Shown piece after piece: positions 1 through 11,072 of a stretch of 60,000 bases of DNA. This DNA comes from Mobula hypostoma (taxonomy: Eukaryota), in contig NC_086118.1 in the NCBI RefSeq assembly GCF_963921235.1, positions 22,880,001 through 22,940,000 of the forward strand. Direction: 5' to 3'. How positions within the stretch are numbered: position 1 is the first letter of the stretch; each line of letters starts with the position of its first letter. The translations under genes were made by a program, and so were the position numbers. The notes under the pieces are model-generated. The model was not told the DNA's origin, made no database searches, and worked only from the letters and a program-made list of their open reading frames with translations.

Positions 1-802
1 AGATGCTGTTGGTTGGGAAGTAATTTGAGTTCAAATAAGCTATAGTTAAAATGAGTCTAAATTGTTAGCTGCTAGATTGGCTATAGGTAATAAATGGAAT
101 TGATGTATTGTTTCTTTGCAGATAATGATTATACATTCAGGGATGATTTTAGGAAAGAACTAAAGCATTTGTTTATATATGCAGTCCCTTCAGGAAAAGT
201 ACAACGCAGTGCAGAAGGCAAAATGCAATTTAGTCAGTAATTGACCTACTTAGTAGGAGGATCATTAATTTTCATTTAGGACAATAAATGCCTGCTTTTC
301 AAAAACATTTTAGCTATTGTCTGCTTAAATTTTAAATGTCAGATACTCAGTAGGAAAACATCATGCCAAGCTACGTCTGATCAAACCGGCCAGCTGTAAA
401 ATTAACTTGGCTTTAATTTCTTATATTTGTCAAATTTTTAAGTATCTTAGGGTTACCTTTTTTTCAGAAATAATGTCAAGAAGTCTTTGAGGAAAGGCAG
501 GACCCCATAAATCATAGATAATAAGTACAACTAGTTATAAAATGTGACAGCATTATGTAAAGAATGTTATCATACATATGCTAGTGAAGGACATTACAAG
601 ATTTTGATTGCTTTTATCTTCAACTGTAATTCCCTTGTACCTATCAATCTGAGGGATGTTAATGACCAGTAACAATTTGTACTGCTCCCAGAGCAGGTCA
701 ATGCTGAATAAATGCATAGCATTTTCCCTCTCAAGGATATCAATTTTAATTCCCCTTCAAACTACCCTTAAATATGTATTTTCGCTTTCTCAGGTTTTAA
801 GG

Positions 803-1950
803 TCATAAGAAATTGGAGCAGGAGTAGGCCATCAGACCTGTCAAACCTGTCTGACCATTCAATAAGATCATGACTTAGACTCAGCTCCACCTACCAGCCT
901 TTTCCCTGTAACCCTTAATTACCCTGTTGTGCAACAAAATAATCGAACTGCGTCTTAAATATATCTGATGAGCAGACTCTACTGCTTCCCTGGACAGAGA
1001 ATTCCATAGATTCACCAGTCCCTGGGAAGAGCAGTTTCTCCTCATCACCTCCTAAATCAATTCTCCTGAATCTTGAGGCAATTCCCCCAAGTTCTAGCCT
1101 CACTTATCAGTGGAAATAACTTTTCTGCCTCTATCATATCTATCCCTTTCATAATTTTATATGTTTTTATAACATCCTATCTCATTTGTCTAAATTACAG
1201 TGAGTTTTAGACCCAGACAGCCCAATTTCTCCTCATAAGCTAACCCTCTCATCTGGTGAACCTCCTCTGAACCGCCTCCAAAGCCAATATATTTTCCCTC
1301 AAGTAAGGAGACCAGAACTGCACACAGTATTCCAGGTGTGGCCTCAGTAGCACCTTATACAGTTGCAGCATAACCTCCCTGCTCTTACATTCCATCCTTC
1401 TAGTAATGAAAGACAGCATTTCATTTGCTTCCTTGATAACCTGCTGCACCAGTCAAGCGCTCCTAAATCCCTCTGCAGAACAACATGCTGCAACCTTTCA
1501 CAATTTACATAATATTAGGATCATAAGATAAGTCCATAAAAAGACCATATGATAATCTGATCTTCTATGTTTCCGTCCAAGGTACAGACATTGCATTTAC
1601 CATCATTCTACTTCATCTGCCGGGCACTTGCCCACTCACATAACTTACCTATAGTATATCTCTCTGCAGACTCTGCACATCCTCTGCACAATTTGTTTTT
1701 CCATTTAGTTAAATGTCATCAGCAAACTTAGATACATTGCATTCAGTCCCCTCTTGCAAATCTTTACTGTATATCCTGAACATTCCAGCCTTGACCCCTT
1801 CAGCACCCTGCTCACCACAGACTGCCAGCCAGAAAAATGCCCACTTATACCAACTCTCCAGCTTATATTGGTTAATCAATCCTCTATGCATGCTCATACA
1901 TTACCCCCAACTCCATTCACCCTTATCTTTTAGATAAGTGGCACCTTATC
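803..1950 (-). mobile_element. Degenerate CR1-clade LINE 3' fragment (continues at 4109-4270 after a nested insertion)
   Basis: Minus-strand peptides 'LYKVLLRPHLEYCVQFWSPYLR' and 'CNVSKFADD' match the CR1 ORF2 at 50771-52282; multiple frameshifts. Confidence 0.9.
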
Positions 1951-2663
1951 CTCCCCATCATCCTCAACGTGGGTACCTCCAAGGCTGTGTGCTGAACCCA
2001 TTGCTCTACACACTGGTCACACATGACTGCACAGCTAAACACAATCACATTATTGTTCGCTGATGACACAACAGTGGTGGGGTTCATTACCAACAACAAT
2101 GAGACAGCCTACAGAGAGGAGGTGGAAGAGCTCAAGGCCTGTTGCCAGGCAAATATCCTCTTCCTTAACGTCAACAAGACAAAGGAGATGGTTATCGACG
2201 TCAGGAGAAATCGCACCACATACACCCCTATTTACATTGGTGGCACAACTGTGGAAACGGCGAGCAGTTTCAGCTTCCTAGAAGTACACATGGTAGGGAA
2301 CCTCTTATGGTCCCAGAACACATCAGACAAGAAATTTCACCAATGCCTCTGCTTTCTGAGGAGGCTAAACAGACCTGGACTTTGCACATCCATACTCATG
2401 TCATTCTACAGAGCATACTAACAAGCTGCATCACAGCTTTGTACGGAAACTGCACTGCGACAGACAGGAAGACTCTGCAACAGATAGTCAAAACTGCCCA
2501 ATGCATCACTGGCACCAGACTACCCACCATCAAGGACATCTATACAGAAATGTGCTAGAAAAGGGAGAGTAACATCATAAAGTATCCCACACAACCTGCT
2601 CATGGACAGTTTGTTCCAGTCCTATCAGGAAGGAGGCCACATTGTATCTACACCAGGACCACC

Positions 2664-2978
2664 TGGTGAGGGCACGTGACCAAGTGGTTAAGGCATTGGA
2701 CTAGCGACCTGAAGGTCATGAGTTCGAGCCGCAGCCAAGGGAACATGTTTTGTCCTTGAGCAAGGCACTTAACCACACATTGCTCTGCGATGACACTGGT
2801 GCCAAGCTGTATGGATCCTAATGCCCTTCCCTTGGACAAAATTAGTGTCGTGGAGAGGGGAGACTTGCAGCATGGGCAACTGCTGGTCTTCCATACAACT
2901 TTGCCCAGGCCTGCACCCTGTAGAGTGAAGACTTTCCAGGCACAGATCCATGGTCTCGCAAGACTAACGGATGCCTTT
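2664..2978 (+). mobile_element. tRNA-derived SINE (Meta-type core) with 9-bp target site duplication
   Basis: A box (tgaccaagtgg), B box (gagttcgagcc), core tgtccttgagcaaggcacttaacc; TSD aggaccacc at 2655-2663 and 2979-2987. Confidence 0.9.
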
Positions 2979-3151
2979 AGGACCACCATACTCAAAAACA
3001 GTTACTTTCCCCAAGCAGTAAGACCGATCAACACATCCACCACTACGATATTAATTATCATCAGTCACCTTATGTACAGCCTAGCATCACTGTATGGACA
3101 CACAATCAATCTATGCATATTATATGTATTTATATTTATTGTGTGTTTTTT

Positions 3152-4012
3152 AGACCATAAGATATATATGAGCAGAATTTGGCCCATCGAATCATCACGG
3201 CTGATCCATTTGTCCTTTCTGCCCCAATCTTCTGCCTTCTCCACGTATCCCTTCATGCCCTGTCCAGTCAAGAATCTATCAACCACTTCCTTAAGACTTG
3301 GCCTCCACAGCTACCTGTGGCAACAAATTCCACAGATTCATTGATCTCAGGTTAAAGAAATTCGTACTCATCTCTGTTCTAATAGGACACCCCTCTATTC
3401 TGAGGCTGTGTCCTCTGGTCTTAGACATTCCCTTCATAGGAAACATCCTCTCCACATCTACTCTATCAAGGCTCTTTACCATTCCATAGGTTTCAATTAG
3501 GTCACCCCTCATTCTTATGAATTCCAGTCAATACAGGCTCAGAGCCATCAAACACTCTTCATATGACAAGTTGTTTAATCCTGGAATCACTTCCGTGAAC
3601 TTCCTTTGAACCCACTCCAGTTTCAGCACATCTTTTCAAAGATATGGAGCCTAAAACTGCTCACAGTACTCCAAGTAAGGCCTCACCAGTGCTTTATAAA
3701 GTCTCAACATTACATCCCTGCTTGTATATTTTAGTTCTCTTGAAATGAATGCTAACGTTGCATTTACCTTCCTCAACCTGCAAATTAACCTTAGGGGAAT
3801 CCTGCTCAAGGATTCTCAAATCCCTTTGTGCCTCGGATTTTTGTATTTTCTCTCCACTTAGAAAACAGTCAACCCTTTCATTTCATCTACCAAAGTGCAT
3901 GATCATACACTTCCCGACACTGTATTCCATCTGCAACTTCCTTGCCCATTCTCCTAATCTAAGCCCTTCTGTAGCCTCTCTATTTCCTCAAAACTACCTG
4001 CCCCACACCTAT
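3152..4012 (-). mobile_element. CR1 LINE 3' fragment nested in the Rex1-like 3'UTR
   Basis: Peptide 'MRGDLIETY..KSLDRVDVERMFP...TRGHSLRI...NLWNLLP'. Confidence 0.9.
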
Positions 4013-4108
4013 TTTTTGTTTATTTTTTGTGCTGCATCAGATCTGGAGTAACAATTATTTCATTTTCCTTACACTTGTGTACATGAAAAAAATCTTGAAT
4101 CTTGAATC

Positions 4109-4270
4109 GAATGCCTTTTGGAAATCCAGGTATACAACATCCACTCATTCCCCTCTATCCACTGTGCTCATTATATCCTCCAAGAACTCCTGTAAGTAAG
4201 TTGTCAAGTAGAACCCGTTCTTCATGAATTCATGCTGTGCCTGCATGAAGAAACCACTTCTAATGGCCAC
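4109..4270 (-). mobile_element. Continuation of CR1 fragment 803-1950
   Basis: gaatgccttttggaaatccaggtatacaacatccac encodes DVVYLDFQKAF on the minus strand. Confidence 0.8.
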
Positions 4271-4496
4271 TTTGACGAGGGTCTACCAATTAGGTCCAAT
4301 ATTAATAGTAAATCTGTTGAAAATAAATTGGAATGGGCAAACTGCAAGCTCTGATCCTTTTGGAACTTTGGACCTTATTGGGTCTGCTTTGGGACCATGA
4401 ACAGAAGAACATTTTGCCAACTATCTTGGCATTCTAATGTGTAGATAAACAGAAAAGAAAACAAATTAAATGCACCAATCACATATCCATCCATGC

Positions 4497-4980
4497 ACAA
4501 GGCCTGGGTCCAAGTGTGGAGGACTATGGACAATTTGGACAATTTAAATGCCGGGCCAGATGGACTAAAAGGGCAGGGTGTCGGGACCGGAGGAGACAAA
4601 TGTCAGGGTCGGTTCTGCTCTGTGACATTTTTACTCCGTTCTCTTTGGTGGTGAGGCTGAGGCTGCATCATGGTTTGGCTGCTCCGGGCTCAGTGTCTAC
4701 GACCTTCGCTCTGATTGGTCCTGCTGTGTGATGAACTGAGACTGAGGGTATAGGCTGCTCCGTCTCCTCTGGGCTTCGGCTTTATGGACTCAAGTTCGTT
4801 CTGTATGTTGATGCTTGCTTTATTGTTTGCATGATTTTTTTTTCTCTCTCTGTATTGGGTGTTGGTCTTTTTTTATAGTTGGGTTCTTCCGGGTTTCTTG
4901 TTTTGTGGCTGCCTGTAAGCAGATGAAACTCAAGGATGAATAATTTGTACATACTTTGATAATAAATGCACTTTGAACTA
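4497..4980 (+). mobile_element. Non-autonomous retroposon with LINE-type 3' tail
   Basis: GC-rich body; tail 'gcctgtaag...tactttgataataaatgcactttgaact' shared with 7150-7665. Confidence 0.55.
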
Positions 4981-5052
4981 AAGAAGACATAGGATTCAAA
5001 TTATTCAATACATTGAAAATACAAAAAAAAGACAAAATGTCATAATGTCAGA

Positions 5053-5737
5053 AGGAGGGAGGAGAAGATGGTGGCGCGACGCAGCTCGCAGTGGCCACTC
5101 CGGTGGTGATGTCTGTTATTTGTCAAGTAAGGTGCCGTGCACAATCCTGATTTGATGGAGACGGACGTGAGAGAACGGAGGAATATCTGGTGAAACTTCT
5201 GAAATGCCTGCTTCGCTGCTGCTGCTACTGTGTGGTCCAGAATCTCTGGAGGAGAAGGCCCTGAGTCCTCAGCTTTGCTTGTTGCTCGGTGGCCGGGGCG
5301 GGGTCGAAGCGCTTGGCAGAGGATGGTGCTCGGAGAGGCTGTGTCAGAGCGGCTGGTCGGAGGCTTGAAGTTTTTGGACAGACTCAGAGTCTGCTGCGGT
5401 CGGGTGCTTCCAATTGTGCTGCGTCGGCAAGTTGGTGGCATTTGGAGGTTCATGGCAGGGAGAGTTTCTCCTTTCTGCGCCTGCGTGAGATGATGAGTCT
5501 ATCGGGATTTTGAGACGTTTTTTTACCGTGCCCATGGTCTGTTCTTTATCAAATTATGGTATTGCTTTGCACTGTTGTAACTATATGTTATAATTATGTG
5601 GTTTTGTCAGTTTTATTCTCGGTTTATCCTGCATTTTCTTGCGATATTATTCTGGAGGAACGTTTTATCATTTTTTAATGCATGCATTCCTATATAATAA
5701 TAAATGAGGACTGAGTGTCCTCATAATCTAATCTAAT
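5053..5737 (+). mobile_element. ~680 bp non-coding retroposon, copy 1 of 3
   Basis: Colinear with 10391-11072 (+) and 34321-34976 (-); starts aagatggtggcg, ends aataaa..cataatctaatctaat. Confidence 0.85.
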
Positions 5738-5767
5738 TTCTATGATTTACAATTTAATTTTTTTCAG

Positions 5768-5826
5768 ACAGAATGTTATTGATGGATCGTATCCCACCAT
5801 CTCCAACTTTGGATGATTGTTCACTG
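5768..5826 (+). CDS. Weak candidate internal exon (RMLLMDRIPPSPTLDDCSL)
   Basis: ttttttcag acceptor, CTG|gtagat donor, one open frame; phase does not join the next candidate exon productively. Confidence 0.2.
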
Positions 5827-6289
5827 GTAGATTCTATGAACCAACATTACAATGCCTATTTACCTTGATTTTGAATTGTTGTAATTTAAATGTTAATTTA
5901 TGGGGGAAGAATAAAATACTTACCTGTGTGATCAACATAGAGAAAATAATGTTTCTAAACAGGAGAATGAGAATTGTCTGACAGTGTTTCTTGTGAGATG
6001 GGATTAATGTCAAAACAATTTCTGAAAGTTGCAAACTGCTAATAAAAAGTATTCTATAAGTTCTCATCACATTGCTCTTGATGGGCTTGCTTAGTTTCTC
6101 CTGATTCAATCAGGACCAAAGATGCTTCTTGCCTCTCCTACCGTAGAAGGTAGAGTTCTCTACTCTTCCTCAAGCACTCTTTACCTTCAACAAATTGGCA
6201 TATTTTTTTTTCCTGCCATTGCTTGCCAAGGTAACAACTCTCTACTCGTTACAAGGCACTTCACTCCCTTGTCAGCAACTCTGTAAACG

Positions 6290-6468
6290 CCACATAGAAA
6301 GGTCTTGTCTTGTCCATACTGCACCAACCGCCACCGTTGGGCTATAAAAATGCAGGAGCGATGTGTGGTTAAGTGCCTTGCTCAAGGACACAACACACTG
6401 CCTCAGCTGAGGCTCGAATTCACGACCTTCAGATTACTAGTCTAATGCCTTAACCACTTGGCCATGCC
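6290..6468 (-). mobile_element. tRNA-derived SINE with the same head as 2664-2978 but a different 3' tail
   Basis: Reverse complement reads tggccaagtggttaaggc...gaattcgagcc...gtgtccttgagcaaggcacttaacc, then ends in acaag repeats. Confidence 0.8.
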
Positions 6469-7149
6469 AAGAGGTTCTCTCTCTCTCACTCCTTCATCCA
6501 ATGTCCAGGCAAGTATAGCTTCTTGCTCGATCATCCCAGCAGTGTGCATTTCAGCTCCTATCTCTTACTCAGATTTTCATGTCTCCAGCAGTAACCATAC
6601 TTCAAAAACATTGAATGGGGTTCAAAATGTACTGGAATCACAAGTTTATGAATGTTATATTAATAAAATGCAAACTTTTCCATTTCTAACAATTTTTAAC
6701 TAAATCTGTAGGCCATAAATCTGAATTGATTTATCATGTTGGGATCAAATCTGGAAATAATACAGATAATAGTGGAAGCTCAGTCACATTCAGATAAATC
6801 TTTCCCTCCATATCCATCAATTCATCCATAATAAAATGTAATAACATCAAGCAAGGAAACATTACTTCTTGTCAAGGAAGTCTGAACCAAAGCCTCCTCT
6901 GCATTCTCCTATTGTACCTAATCAGACTCATTTTACTGATTTGATAAACATTTGTTTTTTCAATGAAACTTCTCTGATTTCTTTTTTTCCTTTTCAGTTA
7001 TTTACGTATGCTTCCACAATACACTAAATTGTGGGATATAAATAATACATGCGTTGTGATTCTTGGAACAAGTGCATAGTAGAAATCAATGCTGGTAAAT
7101 TACTAAGATTAGACCTGTTAGCAAACATTATGAAACATGTCTATAGGAT

Positions 7150-7665
7150 AAGAACGGAGAACGGGTGGTTGTTCGGCGCCGCCTGTCTGTGTTTGATCGG
7201 TCATCCTCTCCCTCTTGCTATCTGCTGTCAGAGGGAAGTGCAGGGATCCCCATTAGCAGGATTGATCGGCAAGGCTCTGGGCTCGTTTTTGGGGGGACTT
7301 TGAGGTTCATGCTGCACGCGTTCCTGGATGCTGGTTACTCGATTTTAGCTGATTTTGAACAGTTTGATTGGGGCTATCGATGCAGACTGGGGTACTTTGG
7401 CAAAAAATAGTCCTGAGGCCTGCACTGGTGAGCAGGGCAGTGCAGAATTGAACTAAACCAAATACTCTTGGTTTTAAGTTTGATACTCTACATGTTGTTC
7501 ACTCAACTTTTGCTGTTTGTGCAATTTGTTCTTTTTTTTCCACGTGTTGTGTGTTTGATGTTTTCTTGAATGGGTTCCGTGGTGTTTCTTCGTTATGTGT
7601 CTGCCTGTGGGAAGACGAATTCAGAGCTGTATTCGTACTTAGATAATAAATGTACTTTGAATCTA
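7150..7665 (+). mobile_element. Non-autonomous retroposon with LINE-type 3' tail
   Basis: Tail 'gcctgtgggaagacgaat...tacttagataataaatgtactttgaatct' similar to 4910-4980. Confidence 0.5.
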
Positions 7666-7988
7666 CTTGACCACTTTAATACCTTGCAGCAACTTTTAGG
7701 TATTGTTTTGTTATCTTAATGTTCTGTTAAATTGTCTTTTTAGATTTGCTGATAGATCATACATCTGTGTGTTTTTCCTTTTTACATTGGTCTGTTACTT
7801 TTATTGCAGTCAATAAGCTGATGCTAGCAAACTACAAACAGAATGTGTTTATACAGAGATAATTTAAGCCCAAATCCATTTCCTTAACTATTGGAAGACT
7901 TCAAACATTACTTAATTAAAGGTTTTATTAGCTTGAATTCACTCTTTGGCAATTTAGTATCTCATTTGTTTTACTTCTATCTTTTTAG

Positions 7989-8138
7989 GCTATAGAGCAA
8001 TAAGCTCTTGGGGGACTTCATGAAACAAATCAGGTTTATATCAGAATCCTCAGAGGATTAGAGGAAATATAATGCAGGCTCTGGAGTATAATCTTCCAAG
8101 TTTTAGAGAAGAAAAAATTGCCAGAGTCTTCAGTGCAG
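7989..8138 (+). CDS. Candidate exon (150 nt) of unidentified gene; ATG at 8072 gives MQALEYNLPSFREEKIARVFSA, with an in-frame TGA at 8021-8023 upstream
   Basis: Polypyrimidine acceptor tttacttctatctttttag, donor CAG|gtatgt, ATG with A at -3; ends in phase 1, compatible with 15435. Confidence 0.35.
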
Positions 8139-8264
8139 GTATGTATGGCTCCCACTTCCAGTACAACATTCTCTCGTCACCACCAACACACCTCACTCCC
8201 AAAGCTCAACCCCAGCTTGTAGAAAGGAAGGGACAAACCTCAAGACATTTCTGATTAGTGTTAC

Positions 8265-8637
8265 CCTTACCCCTTTTCCTCTATTCCCCACTCTGACCTT
8301 TTACCTCTTCTCACCTGCCTTTTACTTACCCCCAGGTCCTCTCCACCTTCCCTTTCTTCTATACAGCCCATTTTCTTTTCCTATCTCATTCCTTCTTCTC
8401 CAGCCCTTGACCTCTCCCACCCACCTGACTTCACCTGTCACCTTACGGCTAGCGTCCTCCCCCTCCCCCACCTTTTTATTTTAGCATCTTCCCTTTCCTT
8501 CTCAGTCCTGATGAAGGGTCTTGGCCTGAAACATCGACTGTTTGTTCATTTCCCTTGATGCTGCGTGACCTGCTGAATTCCTCCAGCATTTTGTGTGTGT
8601 TGCTCTGGATTTCCAGCATCTGCAGACTTTCTTGTGT
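8265..8637 (+). mobile_element. Penelope-like element pseudo-LTR-derived repeat
   Basis: Pyrimidine-rich body, hammerhead motif, then gatgctgc..gacctgctgaattcctccagcattttgtgtg...ccagcatctgcag found repeatedly in the window. Confidence 0.75.
8503..8540 (+). ncRNA. Minimal type I hammerhead ribozyme motif (best copy, partly decayed)
   Basis: cagtc-CTGATGA-a-gggtcttggcct-GAAA-c-ATC-gactg; stem I cagtc/gactg is perfect and both core boxes are intact. Confidence 0.7.
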
Positions 8638-9019
8638 TAATGTTTTTAATAGCAGTGTACATAATATGGGATGGATGTACTGAGTATGCAGGGAGACATG
8701 GGTTTATCAAAGCCCGTCATCATGTCACTAAATGTCGAGAATCTACAGAACAAAACAATTGAGAGGCTAAGTAATGGAATATGGTTCATAAAATTTGTTC
8801 GAATGAAATAATTGGGACTCTGAAATAGAAACAGTAAGTGTGGGATGTTGTCAGAAGTTTGGGCAGCATGTGTGCAGAGAGAAAACAAGGTAATAGAGCT
8901 ATGTGGCATGGAAACTCTGACCATTGAGCCCCCACCGTCAAGCCTCATTTGCATGAATTTTATTTTCTTCAGCTCCTCCAAGATTCAACCCTTCACCTAC
9001 CCCATTTCAACTGTTTACT

Positions 9020-9205
9020 TAGAGAGGCCACTTCATCTACAAAACCAGGCATCTTTAGGATTTGGCAGGCAACTGGAGCACCCAGGAGGAACTTGCATGG
9101 TCATTGGGAGAACATGCAAACGTCACAGAGTTAGATCTGGAGGATAGGACTGAACGCTGGCGGTCAGATGTCTGAGAGAACTTCTTTACTCACTGTGCCA
9201 ACCTG
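9020..9205 (-). mobile_element. Degenerate V-SINE (HE1-like)
   Basis: Reverse complement contains cctcctgggtgctccagttgcctgccaaatcctaaaga, a V-domain-like motif. Confidence 0.65.
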
Positions 9206-9454
9206 ACAATTTCAGGTCAAAGACCTTTTGCTAGTTTTGATGAAAATAGCTTGCAAATGAATGACTTCTTCAACCAAAAATTGCAGGGACAATATGCACA
9301 TAGAAGTTCTTTATCTTTATCTTGCACACACTATCTTGACCTGAAGATGTATTGCTGTTCTTTCATTGATGATTAATCCTCTTCCTGGAACTCTAGACCT
9401 TGCTCTGCAGGAATATCTTCACTTAAAGGACACTTGCGGTTCAGGAAATAGAAA

Positions 9455-9650
9455 CAAATACTGCTGTAGTATCTCAGAAGGTCAGCATTAACATTTCAGG
9501 GATATAATCCTTCATTGGTTCTGATAAGTACTCACCCTGAAACATTATCTCTGCTTCTCATTCCAGAGTAGTTGCTGGATCTTCTAAGGGTTTCTAGCAT
9601 TTTCTGTTTTAATTTCAGGTTTCGAGCATCAGCACATTTATTGATTTTCT
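9455..9650. repeat. Old fold-back Penelope-derived repeat
   Basis: Inverted arms around aacatttcaggg...ccctgaaacatt. Confidence 0.5.
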
Positions 9651-10390
9651 GAGATTCAAGAAGGGGTTCAGTTAACTAATGACAATATATGTCGGTTTTA
9701 CCAGCAACACCCAAACCATTAAAGGAAAAGTACGTCATTTCCATAATTTGGGTTAAAGCTAAATGTTTGATTTATCCTTTGCTGAAATTGGACAAGCTGC
9801 TGCAAATTTACTAGCCCTTATGCCTTCAGACTTTGGAGAAATGTGAACTGGGCTCTGCTTTGGATAGTCTATATTTGTATTACCTTCGTTTGACTGCAAG
9901 CAATTCTGTCTTGGACTGCATTCCTTGCCTTAAGAAGAGTCTGTCTCAAACTAACGTACAGGCATAACAATGTTCCCAGTGCTAATATTGATGTCTACAA
10001 TCAATACTAAGTATAATTAAATTTTTATCAATAAGTATTTCTGCAGAATACTTTTATGTTGTTAATCGCGGTAAAACAGCAAGGGAAAATTCAAATGTAA
10101 TTTGCAAATAGAGCCGTATAACTAATTGACATTTAAGAATATTAAACAAACAACTGGCATGTTTCCATGGGGGAATTGTAAGTGTTGGACATAATTAATG
10201 CTATCCCAGCAAAGAATTTGTTGTTATTAGACAGAAGATAAGCAGAGACAACATGTCAATAATATTATCTTTGCTGATGAATGGTTAGGTGATTTGAAAA
10301 TCAGAACATAGCTACTTTTTTATTATGGCAGTGAAAATTCTGGGAAGACTTTATTGAAAGCATAATAAATAGCTGAAATTAGGTACTAAA

Positions 10391-11072
10391 GGAGGAGGAA
10401 AAGATGGCGGCGTGACGCAGTGCACGTGGCTACTTCGGTGGTGATGTCTGTTATTTGTCAAGTAGGGGACCGTGCACAATTTTGATTTGATGGAGACAGA
10501 CGTGAGAGTACGGAGGAACATCTGGAGAAATTTCTGAAATGCCTGCTCCGCTGCCGCTGTTACTGTGTGGTCTGGAATCTCCGGAGGAGAAGGCCCAGAA
10601 TCCTCGGCTTTGCTTGTTTCGGCGGCTGGGACGAGGTCAAAGGTGCTCGGCAGAGGATAGCCCTTGGAAGGCCGTATCGGAGGGGCTGGTCAGAGGCTCG
10701 AAGTTTTCGGACAGACAGACTCAGTGTCAGCTGTGGTCGGGTGCTTCCAAGGCATCGGCAGTTGTCGGTGCCTGGAGATTTATGGCAGGGAGTTTCTCCC
10801 TTTGCCGTCTGCTATCGGGGACTCGGGAGTCGATCGACTAGGGACTTTGAGACTTTTTTTTACCATGGCCATGGTCTGTTCTTTATCAAATTATGGGTAT
10901 TGCTTTGCACTGCTGTAACTATATATTATAATTATGTGGTTCTGTCAGTGTTAGTCTTTGGTTTGTCCTGTTTTTCTGTGATATCACTCTGCAGGAACAT
11001 TGTATCATTTCCTAATGCATGCATGCATTTCTAAATGACAATAAACGAGGACTGAGTGTTCTCATAATCTAA
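10391..11072 (+). mobile_element. ~680 bp non-coding retroposon, copy 2
   Basis: aagatggcggcg start, cataatctaa end; homologous to 5053-5737. Confidence 0.85.

Larger units (their letters stand above)
1951..4108 (+). mobile_element. Rex1/Babar-like LINE 3' fragment inserted into the CR1; itself interrupted by a SINE and another CR1
   Basis: Peptides 'FADDTTVVG...LNVNKTKEMVID' and 'SILTSCITALYGNCT..DRKTLQ'; tail (cttgaat)n at 4093-4108; host CR1 rejoins as caccttatc|gaatgcc. Confidence 0.85.

Noticed and set aside
2668..2745. tRNA-like sequence (also 6395-6468 and 45272-45345)
   Set aside because: SINE heads with A/B boxes; no complete cloverleaf, and contiguous with SINE bodies
2790..3344. 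184-aa ORF
   Set aside because: Runs across SINE, Rex1-like and CR1 junctions; chimeric chance frame
5040..5535. Overlapping ORFs in the 680-bp element (also 10539-11034 and 34561-34849)
   Set aside because: Frames are not preserved between the three copies; GC-rich non-coding repeat
6999..7093. Exon-like segment with strong acceptor and gtaaat donor
   Set aside because: Stops in all three frames; at most non-coding
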